Of a stretch of 64,000 bases of DNA, positions 25,405 through 37,736 are shown in pieces. The stretch is from Dipteris shenzhenensis (lineage: Eukaryota). The notes beneath the pieces were generated by a model. That model searched no databases. It was not told where the DNA came from and saw nothing but the letters and a program-made list of their open reading frames with translations. Positions within the stretch are counted from its first letter, which is position 1. Each line of letters begins with the position of its first letter. The position numbers and the translations under genes were made by a program. The stretch is from the NCBI GenBank assembly GCA_047967505.1, contig CM106538.1, one strand, 5' to 3'.

Positions 25405-28083
25405 TGCGCCATGTCACATCACTCCATGCATGCTCAATCTACCCGTCTACTAGTTTGGACTCAGCATGGAACCATGTCAATTTGCCACTACAGTCTGCTA
25501 CCATTCGCAGTTGTGCCATGTCACCATGTGTCTTTGTGTCTCTGCTAGGTGTCCATGCTCTTGAACCTTCTCCTACATGTGTGGACCTCCCTGCCGCTCT
25601 CTCCAAACCTCCACAACACTGCACATGGATCCTCTCCTTAATAGATAGTATAGAAGTATAGATGGTAGGAAGAGATTTAGCAAGGCCCACATTTCCTTAA
25701 AGTTACTTAGGTTTGGAGAATTGGGAATATTTCCAAATTGCCTCCCTTGCCTTTCCATATCTGATAAAATAGTAGAGAAGAATTCATGATACATTATAAT
25801 GGCTTTAGGTATGAGAGTTTTCAATCTCTCTTTCCTACTCATTTATGGAATATGGTATATATTGGTACCTGGGAGATTCTCAATACTTCAAATAGGGGAT
25901 TGCTAAAGCTAATGGAAACTCTTCTAAATCCCTTGAATTACCATACTCTAGTGTTCTCTATTTGTTCATATACAGATGATGTTCTCTAAAATGAGGGTTA
26001 TCATGATCAATAGGGTTCCATAAATGAGAAATCAATAAAAAATTGTATATTCTTTGAGAAATATACCAGCATGGTTGGTGTCAAAAATTATCACTGGGAC
26101 TTTTTTGCTTGTGGGTTTTTGCTTAGAAACTATGCACATCCGCCCTCAAGGAGGCCCCAACTTTTGTGCTACCTGAGCTAATGGACTGACCCATAGAGAG
26201 CCAAGAAGACATACCACCACCACCAGAAGAGGGAGATATAGGGTTGGAAGAGGCTGGTTGGATCATGAGCCACTAGGGAATCTAGCATTTATTACCTTTG
26301 AGGAAGCAGGCTAGGCTTTACATTTTTTGTAGAAGTTCCATCAATACAGTAGGAGTCAAGTTTTTTGGGTATGCAAAAAGTGTAAGAGGATTGGGAATAG
26401 TTGAAATGGGACAATGATATCTTAAAATACCAGATTGAATATTTGAAGGGATATTTGAATTTCAAGGTAGCAAAGCAAAACATTATGTAGGAATATTTCA
26501 CAGAATAGAGGATCATATTGGAAAGAACAATTCAAGAATTCAAGAAAGATTGCAACAAAAAGCTTAATGGAATCTAATTGGAAGCATGGTCCATAAATAT
26601 TCATAAGAATATCTCAATTGAGTTTGAATAGTTAACTCAACATAATAGGACGCTGATGGGGGAGAACATGATAATGAAGGAGAAGGTGTAGCCTTGACAC
26701 AAGTGGAGGAATACACAAAATCCATGGTGGATGAAGCGTCAGGAGAGATTGTGGGTACGTTTATGTCCGATGTGGACTTGAAAGACCTAAAAACCAAAGT
26801 GGCAGAGTATATGATAGGGATATGGTATCAAATACAAAATAGACTATATAGACTATTTCACCTAAAGAAGTAGCCTTTGTAGGAATGGGATCAACAAAAG
26901 GAGGGCATATCTAACTTTCTATTGCAAAAACAAGTACAAGAACTATAGAAATAAGTTTATTTTCTAAAATCTAAAGCCCTAGTTGTAGAAAGATAGGGAA
27001 TGATGGATTCCTTCCAAGAGGAAAATTCACAACAGCTTGGACACGAGGAGCAAGAAACATCCTCGGCCAGGTTTTCTTCACCATTTAAACCGTTTTTTAT
27101 ATTTTTATTGAATGTTTAGCAAAAATGCCTTGGAGTTTTCATTCAAAGTTGTACACAAGGTGGAAAAGGCAAGCACACTAGAAATGATACATATTGCAAA
27201 CAAGGATGCTGCAAAGGCTTTGCTCATGGCGGCATCTAATTCCATTGTGATAGAAGAGGGTAAGCAAATGGATGTTTATATAGAAATCCCATGCGGGATA
27301 ATGAATTCATTGGATTCTTTAATCGATAGAGTGGTGGGGGAGGTCGAGGTGTCTTGGCCTATGGATGATGGAACCACTAACACAATGTAGAAACAATTTG
27401 TTAGACTATGCCAACTCAAATTTGCAGATGGCAGAAGGACCCAAATTAAATGAATGTTCTGAGAAAGATGATGATACAGTAGCACGGTTTGCTCACACAC
27501 ACAAGGTGTGTTAAACAAATCCATCAACACACCATAATTTTTTCTTTCTGAATTTACTGATCACTTTTCTTTATTATATGATTTTGTAACCCTAGCAATC
27601 TTTTGATAAGAAATTTCTTCTTAAGGATGTAGGGGACAACAATGTATGGATGCTACCAATATCTTGGTATTGTACCAAGCTCTACTAATTATCAATGCAT
27701 AGTCCCAGACTGGTGAGATGTTGCACTAGATAGGGGGTCTGCTATATTCCAAAAGTTTGAGATGGAACTGGCTAATCAAGTTCTTGAAGGTTCAGGTCAG
27801 AAAATTTGTTCCAAATTTCCTAACCACTAAAATGTTCCATGTGTTAATTGGATATGTTATTACCTCAAATTAGCATTTAGAAAACATGTTTAGGATAAGA
27901 TAGGTTTTGAGATTCGAAGTGATGTAACTATCCTGAACTACTTTTTCACAAGGAATCCACACATCGTGCATGTGATAAATGGGTGTTCAGCATCCATTCT
28001 TGAATATGAAAGCACGTCAAATTCAAGTCTATCTACTCTATTCACATTGTTGTACTATATGTTTGATTGTTATTTTGAAATCC

Positions 28084-28088
<5 letters not shown>

Positions 28089-28152
<64 letters not shown>
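28089..28152. repeat. (GA)n microsatellite
   Basis: Direct reading. Confidence 0.98.
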
Positions 28153-28156
<4 letters not shown>

Positions 28157-29636
28157 GATCATTTTCCAATGCATGTTTTGAGTGGAATGAGAGAGCATGA
28201 ACCTTGGAATGTAATCTACTAAATCCGATCTCAAACCCTGGAGTCCCAAACCCTGTTAATAGCACACTGCACATAGAATTAAGTTCCTCTATGAGCTTGT
28301 AGGTATTTCTATATCCACTTTCTTCGTCTACATCACTTGTATGTGTAGTGATCCTATATTACATCCTACTTATCCAAACACTCAATTGCATGATGTAAGC
28401 ATTCTTCCCAAATTGCAAACTTGGGTATGGTACATTATTTGACATCTCATACATGTAGAAAATAGGACATTTACATGAAAAGAATCACATTCACTCAAAA
28501 TTGACTTGAGGTCACTAAAACACTTGCTTCAATTCAATGTTTCCATCTTTGTCCTTAATGCATCCCTTATTTATACAATGAGTCCTCATTGAGTCCCACT
28601 ATATCTGAAGTGGTGCATGGGTGCTTTCCTTTTCTTGGATCCCCTAGGTTGGATCTTCTCGATCAAATTTGCCACCATTTTCATTCAATCACTAACATGA
28701 AATTGGTTGACTGGTTCTCCTATTTTTCCCTCTATTGCTGAATAGAGATTAGCTCTACATCTCAGATCCATAATTCAAATGCCCATAGTTTGACTTGAAT
28801 GTGGTCCAAGTCTCTCTTTAATTGCTTGATCGTCTTCCAAGACTCTTCATTCACAATAGCCAGTTGTGTTTTGAGTGATCAAATCATCTACCCTTGGAGG
28901 ATGCATTACCAACCTCCCACTTCGAATTTCAAGTCTTCCTCTTGAAACTTTGAGTTCCACTTGTGGGCATGAGATTGTTGCATCTGTGTCTCCTCCTACT
29001 ACAATTGAGTAGCATGATGGACCATCTTTGCACAAGGCTTTCAAAATCGTTGGATGCAATCCTTTGTATCTTTTAGATTTTCTAGGCAAATCTCTAAATC
29101 ATGGATTTAGATTGCTTGAGCCATCAAAATCTTTCCTCATAATCCCTATAGTAGCCTCGACCTACCTCAGCATGTCCATCTACCCCTATAAAGCCTAGGC
29201 CTACTCTTATCCATCTGGTTAAAATTCATCTTCATCCTCCTCTTCTTGTACCTCTTCATATTCAGAGGACTCCTCTATAGGTAGGCATTTATCCTACCGT
29301 TTGAGCAAAGGGTTCTAGAGGGAAATCAAAATCTCTATGGAGAGAAGAGATCCTTGATCAATGTTAAGAGTCTTGGATAGGGGCTAAGGTGGCAAAGAAA
29401 TTGGAAGAAAAGAAACTTCCTCCTATATGAACAGGGGACGAGAACTTGACTTATGATAAAAATCCCTCCCGAGGCATCAATAAGCAAGTTGGTAAATAAT
29501 AAAGAAGAAGAATGAATTCTCATTGCAAAACATACATATCTTTGGCAAATAATAAAGAATGTGTAGAATGGTTTTACTAATAATTTGGTACATACTAAAA
29601 AGTGTTGTGGAACCATTCTGTTGTAGAGTCCCCCCC

Positions 29637-29736
<100 letters not shown>

Positions 29737-32699
29737 GTCTCGAACTGAGGTCATAGATTTGAAACCATTTCCTTCCAAGACTTTATGGCTCGATGTGGAA
29801 TATTGACCACATAATGGTGCCTATTGGCAACATTTGGGGTGTGCAACTTCTGCATAAGTCAATGAAATTCTGGGTACTACAAACATGCACTAGATGCCCA
29901 TCGACCCAACCAACCAAGTCGATAAAGTAATGGGGTCCAAATGCATCAACATTGAAATCGCATTTCCCCCAATTCATGTTAGAAGAGAAGACAACCAAAC
30001 TAGAAGTGTGATAAGGATTACTTGGGGTACCAGATCCACTTAAGTGGACAATTGCTTTGCCTTTTTCTTTACCATGGCAAAGGATAAGCATTCAACATGT
30101 GACCTAGTTTGCCATATTTTAAGTAGAGCACCATTGCTTGAGCTTCCGCCTAGTCAAGAGAATTGGTATGAGGCTTTTTAGCACAAGGCACCATTGTTTG
30201 CTCAATGTTTTAGCGGGTTTATAATTCATTATCTTAGAAAATACCAAGCAACATTAAAAAAAACTAAATTCAACATACTCATCATGCCCTTGGAAAAGGG
30301 CACACTCTTCTTGTTGCTAGAGGCCTTAAGATAAGGGGAAAAGTCATCAAACCAATTACTTTCAAATTTACATGTGAATATATCAACTAGTTGCATCTAA
30401 ATGCAAAATTTATTCTTTGTACATGATCCCAAACAAGGAAAGAGGAAACTTGATCTAAATGGAGGGGGAAACCATGTGACACAAAGAAAAGTGATTCATG
30501 GCCTTGCGTGCCACCATTTGATGGCTAGTTATAAGTAATATTACTTGTGGGATGTGTAGTTTCACACTTTAGAGAAAGGTGGCGAGAGGACATAGAATAA
30601 TTGTATGAGACAAGTGAAGCATAATTTGAAAGGATGTGCATGCAAGGAGAGGTTGCAACTTGCTTTTTGTGCCCCAATAGACTATAGATGCACATTGTTT
30701 ATTGTGTGAGTACTTGTACCATTAAGCATTGGACGTTGGGTCATCTAACAATAGTCATTATCCCTCTATACTCACCCATGTAGACAAAACATGTGGTCAT
30801 GTTAAATCTTCTTTTGTGAAAAAAACTAAGAAACATGCAGAGTATGCTTTAGATTTAGGTGTCCCTTCACGTTGGCATGAACGTGCTCACAATAAGTTAT
30901 TGTGAGCACGTGCATGCCAACTTGTATGAACTGGCCATAATAGGCCGACACAACTTGCTCAAAGGTAAGAATTACACACCACCAATAGTTTGACTTTGGT
31001 TTTGATCCAAAGCACGATTTAGTAGTCACATGTTTGCTATGTTCTTATGTTTTGTCTTAAAGAAAGTTTCATGAAGTATATGATAGATTACTTTGAATAA
31101 AGCTCACGAAGTTTGATATTATCAAGATTCTCATCATGTTCTTGAAAAGAGAACTCTTTTGGTATCATGGAGGCCTTGAGCTAATGGGAGTAAAATGATT
31201 GGGATGTGGAATCATCTAATAAGTTACTTCAAAAACTTAGGAAAATATTGACACATTAATGAACTACTTGTAAAAAGAGCACACTTCTTACTACTCTAGA
31301 GGCCATTAGAGAAGGGAAAAGATACAAATAAATTATTAAAATGTCAACTCAAAGACATCAAACCAATCACTTCCAAGCCATCATAGCGCAAATACAAATG
31401 AGCAAGTTGTTAACTGCATTGAATGGTTCTTTGTTATTCCAAAAAAAGGGGGACAATAAAGATCATGGTCTTGGTGGATAGCAAATCAATTTGACACAAT
31501 GAAGATTGGTTCATGAGGGGTATGTATAAGGCTCTTGGGAAATGTAAAGATGACATGGGAAGACGTGTAAAGGTAACTCAAAGCATGGTTTACAAGGGCG
31601 TGTATACAAGGAGACATTGCATCTTAACTATTATGCCCCATTGGAATGTGGATGCTCATCACGTAATGTGCAAGTACTTGTATTGCTAGTAAAATAGGTG
31701 TGCTACTTGGATAATCTTTCAAAAAACCAATGTAGAAGTGGGTCATTCACACGTACATCTCTTGATTGAAATATTGGTGTATCGGTGCAACGATACATGT
31801 TAACATTAGGTCATGTGACCATAGATGCATGCTAATGTGTTGGGTCTACTAGCCACATAGGGCTTCCGCAATGTGCTTTGAAGGCAATGGAGGAATGTGT
31901 GGATTGTAATAGTGTAAAGAATCAGTGGCCTATTGCCTTCCATCAAGCACAAAACAAGGTTTTGATGCTAAGTGTAGCCCCCTACCTCTACATTTTTCCA
32001 ACATCTTATTCCCTATATTGATTCATATTGAATTAGAGAAAAACAACAGATACGAGTTGTATTTGAAGAGGTACTCATCCCCTTTGTGTTAGCACCATTG
32101 GGCATCTTTGCACTAGTATGAATAGAACCAAAAGGTAACTAGCATAAGTGCATGAAAGAGCTTGCATGGGGAACCACCTTTTGCACTAGGGTAGAGGGGT
32201 CAATTTTAGCTCATCTAAAAAAATTTCCATGCAAGCCTACAATTTAGCTCACCAATGCAGTAGGGTAGAGGGGTCAATTTTAGCTCACCTACAATGTAGG
32301 CAAATGCATGCAAAAGTGCAAACATCACTCGCCCTTGCCATGGTATGGCTAACATTTTGACAAATGAGGTTGTTTCCACATTGTTTTTGCACATTTATCA
32401 AATCTTTTTAAAAAGATATGTTGTCCCCCTCACAAATATGAGGAATACATGGGGCCACATAATGGCTCAAGACTTTTTAAGGGAGTATTTATCTTGCATG
32501 GGCCAAAACAAATATGAGGAACAAACTTGAGACATAATACTTAAAAGGATAACCTATGCTTGGAATAAATTAACATATGCACCAACCTAGGTTAATTTGT
32601 CCTCCATGGGCCAAAGCAAGTTGCCAAGTGGGCTCCTTTGATTTTTCTTGTCTAGAACCCTCTTCCAGTGTTCAAATACTAGGATATCTTCATCTTCCA

Positions 32700-33750
32700 A
32701 GATACTAGAACTTTTGACCTGAGGCACAACTTCTACCATTGCTGCACTAGATGCCGGCCCATTCGACAATTTGCCTCCTTCTAGTTCCAACCTACTCGAC
32801 TCTAACTGACAATCGGCTCTTGGAGGTCCTCTCCTTTCCCCTTCGAGTCACCTCCTTCAAAGTTATACTTCTAGCTACTCTCCAAGATGGGTTGTCCCCC
32901 TCCTTTCCTAGCCCCTTCGCACAAGGCTTCCCTTTTTTCTTACAAACGGTAGTCCACCCATCCTTATCCGATGCACTCGATTGATTCCCCCCCTTGCAAT
33001 CTCTTTCCGAGACTCCCTATCTAGCTGACCCTTCTCAACTCTAGGCAACTCACTCTTCTAACCATCCTTAGAATCCAAATACCTGAATTCTCTAGCCTTT
33101 GCATGTAGGTCACTTTGACCAATCGATCAGTCCTTGAGGGGCAATTTCCCAAGAAGGGACCTTTCTACTTATAAATGAAGCAACTATATGGAACATTGCA
33201 AAGCCTAACTTGCTAAGTGTGAAAAATCCCATCTAACAGTTTTATTCTATCATGTCAGGAACTTCTTGAGCTCAAACCTACAAGATCCATGCTTTAAATG
33301 GTGTTCTCACTGAAGGGGGGATAAGGAGAAGCTTCCCTTGCAAGGAGTTCCGAACTCATCCACCAAAAATGAAGGATGCCAATGAACCACCACTTCTACA
33401 AATTGGAAAGAGCGACCCATGAGTCGTTTCGGACCGCTTTAGACACATGACAAAGAAGGAAGAAACCTTTTCCTAGAAATCTAGCTTCATATGCATTACT
33501 TGGTAGCTCACTTTCATATTTTGAAAGCTTCTCACGACAAGATCAACCTGTGAAGAAGAGATACACTCCTCCCTTGGTGACCCTCCCCAACTTTGGATAA
33601 ATGTTTTCCATAGGGACTTCACAACAGAAAATGTGCTTTCCACTCGTGTCCTTCCACCCCTTCTCTCCATCTCTTGATCCCTTTTGGCAACATTTTGCAT
33701 GCACCAATAAACACGCCTCCTCATCATCTGGTAGTTCTAAAAAGCCACCA
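32700..33750 (-). mobile_element. Degraded LINE ORF1 relic
   Basis: Minus-strand KGFFFFV segment (DUF4283-like) and a decayed zinc knuckle CFIYK*KGPFLGNCP near 33135-33185. Confidence 0.45.
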
Positions 33751-33869
33751 CAAAGTAGTCTGCCTACGGTATTGGAGTCTTGATTGATCCTTCTCCTCAC
33801 CCACCTCAATGTTCACCCCTCATCACACTAGTTTTAGACATCTGACACTTACCGGGATCTCTCGCTTGA

Positions 33870-34165
33870 AATCTGTGCACTGGTCTCTCGACCCTACTCG
33901 CTGAGCAAACATGTGACACAAGCTCCCCCCTCCGCTATGTTCTCGCGAAACCACCTTCTTGACACTAATCCTCCCCTTCCCCCTTTATATACCCCATTCG
34001 CTCAAAATCTGTGCAATGGTCTCTCGACCCTATTCGCTAAACAAAACAAGGGCCGCTCTCTCCCCCTATATTATCGAGCTTGTGCATGCAATGTGTGACA
34101 CAGGCTCTGCCCTCCGCTACGCTCTCGCGAGACCACCTTCTCGATACCAATCCTCCCTCCCCCCC
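33870..34165. repeat. Diverged tandem duplication (possibly 5' UTR repeats of the LINE relic)
   Basis: AATCTGTGCA-TGGTCTCTCGACCCTA and TGTGACACA-GCTC...ACCACCTTCT blocks each occur twice. Confidence 0.6.
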
Positions 34166-34779
34166 GCCCCCCCCCCCCTCTTTATTCAACCTCTGCCTTA
34201 GTTTAATCACACACTTGCCCTCTTACTTTTGACCCTTCTTTAGGCTCTGAGAGGTGCCCATTGCTTGGTGGCCTATTGAGCCAACAGGAAGCGAGTTTTT
34301 CAATGATGGGTGCCTGTGACCAAACTTCTAGTCCTACATGGACTCAACGTCTAGCGAAGAGAGGCACCCTTCACATTTGCCAATCACCTGTGTCTTCAGG
34401 GTCTCACAAATTACAAAGCCATCGTGGGGCAGTGTGTGCCCATGGCTGGGAACTCAATTTTAAAAACCCACGATGGGTAGCTAGTGTGTAATGGGGTGAA
34501 CCCATTCATGATTGCCCACACGTTAGGCTCTACTTGGGCACGCTCTAGCCATGTGTATATTTGCCTTAGAGGGCTTCCCCACGCATGCTAGTAGCATTCC
34601 GATGCCCAAAGACTTTGATTGGCCGAGATCCTTCAATCCTCGATGCCAATCATTAAAGTGGTGTGCAAAACTTAAGCGAGGGCGAATGGTTTATCAAGCA
34701 GGCTCTTGCAAGCAGCAGACACGCGGGGACGGAGATCAGGCTCATTGGTGTGTGTCGATCTTCGGTGACGGGGCAGGAA

Positions 34780-34890
34780 GTGTGTCTTAGTTGGATTGGA
34801 CGTGGCAAGCCAAAGTGGCGCGTGGAATGCCTTTTTCAAATGACATGGTGCCACATCATTCTTGGCGTGTCATTTAACTGAGTATAACGT
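34780..34890 (+). promoter_or_regulatory. Putative acetate kinase promoter with ABRE/G-box-like elements in a CpG-retaining island
   Basis: ACGTGGC 34800-34806, CGCGTGG 34819-34825 and GCGTGTC 34865-34871 lie 150-220 bp upstream of the ATG. Confidence 0.45.
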
Positions 34891-35018
34891 GTTTGTGCAC
34901 TCTCTCATCCTCTGCCTGCCCAGTCATTGCAAACAAGACGCGTATCTTTGGCACCTCGGAGCTCCAGTCCAAAGTTCCAATTCCGGACTACCATTCCTTT
35001 GCCTTCGCGCAGTTTTTG

Positions 35019-35065
35019 ATGGCTCGATCCGTGCTCGTGCTCAATTCTGGAAGTTCCTCCCTCAA
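35019..35065 (+). CDS. ACK: Acetate kinase exon 1 (MARSVLVLNSGSSSLK; acetokinase N-terminal phosphate-1 signature)
   Basis: ATG at 35019; VLVLNSGSSSLK matches the acetate/butyrate kinase signature; phase-2 donor AA|GTGAGC at 35066. Confidence 0.9.
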
Positions 35066-37736
35066 GTGAGCCCGCTTTTCCCTCACCTTCTCGTCAGATT
35101 TCAGTCCAACACTAGTTTCGCATTCAATTGAAGGCGGTCTTCAATGCGGCCCCTCCTAATCTGCTGTGCCGTTACACAACTTCTGCAATGTGTGTTTGTC
35201 CCTAAGGGCACGCGATGGGTGTGCATCACGATGAGAAGCTCATTCTAGGTTTCGTACCCTATTTCATGCATCAAAATCTGGTCGGTGGCTCCCTACTGAG
35301 CCTCATTGGGCAGTACTCTCGTGACAACACCGGAATCGACCGATCTGTACATTTTTCTTGTGCATTTGGTGGTTTTAGTCCTCTTAGCTACCTTCAAAAG
35401 GACGAAAGTCTTTAACTGGTCAGCAAGAAGAAAGACGCTCTGAAATGGAGAAACCAGAGCTTCAACGTCTGAAGGCTAGCAGTGTTAAGCACTCGTTTTG
35501 TCCGATCTCTACTACAGCCGTGGAAGGAAAAAGAGCATGCTTTCGTAGTGTGAAGAATAAGGACGTACAGCCATAAAAAAACTATTGAGAGGTATCAGTC
35601 CAACGTGGAGGAAAATTGAGGTGCCTTTCTCGATGCCCGCACTAGTGAAACTTGGGCTACTTTTAGGTTCGTGTTTACAAAACCACATTTTTGTCCTCGG
35701 AATTAAGCGTTGGGGGATATATGACAGCTTCTGTCAATCTGCCATGTGGAGGATAATCTGAATGTCAGCTGTGCAGAAGGGTATGGGTACTCCTATGGTG
35801 CACAATATCTATTTCTTTGACTCAAGGGCATCCTTTGTTCGTGTCAAATTTATTTATTACAGCTTGGGCTACCATGTTCTTCTTTACTAGCTGCAAAAGT
35901 GCCTCAATTTTGGATTAGTTTTTTCTGTGCGGCTACATCATCTGTACTACAGCCTTAGAGGTGCTTATTCTATAGATGCTTGATGTTGTTGCAATGGACT
36001 TTTGCAAGGCCATGACACTCATCCGATGCTGCTCATGTATCATTATAGGATTGTTACAGCTGCTCTCCCATCCATCTATTCACCTTTTAATTTCTCCATT
36101 TTTGAGATCTAGTTTTGGTGTTAGATTCCTCAGTTTGGCAAAATTTTGTCACACCCATGTGCCAGCCATGTGGGTTGAATGCATCTCCTCTAACACCAAC
36201 GACATATATCAGAATCATGATCGTAAACATGTCAAGTGAGCTACTTTAACACAAGCCGATTTTGAACAAATATGGAGAGAGGAGAGGAAAAAAGTGGAGA
36301 TGAGGAGAGAGGGCATATCTAGAGAGCACATCTTAAAATACTAATTGTACACTAGTATTAGCTGAAAAGAATGAACATATACAAACCCCTTTAGGGTCAG
36401 GCTTAGGGTCTCCAACCCTTTCCTTTTTAGCACTCTATGTGTTAGTGCTATGCACATATGATAATACATGATGTTGAGATGGTTCCTCAACACCTTTTTT
36501 CAAGATCAACATCATGAAGTAGGCCTTCTCCCAAGATGATGATTCTGGGAATCGAAGAAGGATTGAACATTACATTCCATCACACCCTTAATGGGAATGT
36601 TCTTCCTCTGCGTCAAACCAAGAGCGTGTTGGTGTTTTTTAAAAAGCTTTTTCCCAAGTGGTTTGGTAAATATATTTGCAACATTCTCTTTGTTGTCACA
36701 ATGTTGTAGTGTGATGTTGAAGGGTTGGTGGACATTTTTCTTTAGAGGCTAACTGTCGTATTTTATTTTATAGTGCTTTAAGTATATGGTTAAAGGAATC
36801 AATGTCAAGGTCCTTGTTGAGGGCGAACGGGCACTGACTAGATGGTTCTAAGGTGAGGGGCCTAGGTATACCAAAGTGTGTAATTGCCAAGGGGCAAATG
36901 GAATGAAGTGATACTCCAAGAAAAGGGTAAATGGTACATCTAAGGATGGCCCTAGGAATGTGACATGTGGCATGTAGAACCATCTAGGGAGTTGTGGGCT
37001 TTGTGTACAGCTTGCAGGAGAATTAACACATAATTTAGAATCGAGATTGATGTCATGAAGATTGGTTGGGAGGATTATCATAGTGCCATTGCCTGTGATT
37101 AAAGGAGAAATTGTATTCCTGCGTTTCATTTTGGTGTATAGTTACCTTGGTCGTTTCATTTGGTATTAGAGTCGGTGATTGAAAAAGGCGATTGTGATGA
37201 GAGAGTACACATCGTTTTAATTGCATACAGAGGTGGTGACTCGAGTGTCTTAAAGTATGCGTCGTTTTCATGTATGACTCAAACCTAGGGCTTTAAGGTT
37301 CTGTTACCAAAATCCTCAACAAAGAATTCTACGATCGAAAAGGGGCTGCGGTCGATTGAATAAGAGAGCATCGATGGCTGCATAACTGAGTTTTGTGGGG
37401 GCAAGGCAAATACAAACAAGGAAAGATAGAAATTTGGAAGGTCTTAGAGATGATATTGTTGTGGGAAGTGACGGGGCTACGGCAGTTACAACAGCTAGTA
37501 ATAAGAAGCTAGTGCAAAGGAATTCATATGGTGCATTGCTACAATGGGAATGGGCTTTGCGGTAATAAACTGTTGGAAATTACCCAACAGAGGGTACACA
37601 GCGGAAGACTAATAGAATTGCCTAGGAGCTCACACATTGTGGTGTGGGGTGTTAAATCACTAACTTCTTAAACTTATGTGCATGGAATAGATGTGCAGAC
37701 TCATCAATAGATAATGAACCAGCCAGATAGAGAAAT

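Noticed and set aside
25129-25661. ORFs spanning the N run
   Set aside because: Artefacts of microsatellite plus assembly gap.
24200-29300. Short ORFs possibly from decayed genes or LINEs
   Set aside because: No motif I can recognise with confidence; left unannotated.
35365-35412. GTCC...GGACGAAA resembling hammerhead ribozyme stem II
   Set aside because: The required CTGATGA core is missing upstream, and stems I and III are not evident.
35229-35990. Nearer AG acceptors as ACK exon 2 (~35248, ~35666, ~35975)
   Set aside because: In the required phase they hit stops quickly and show no acetokinase similarity.
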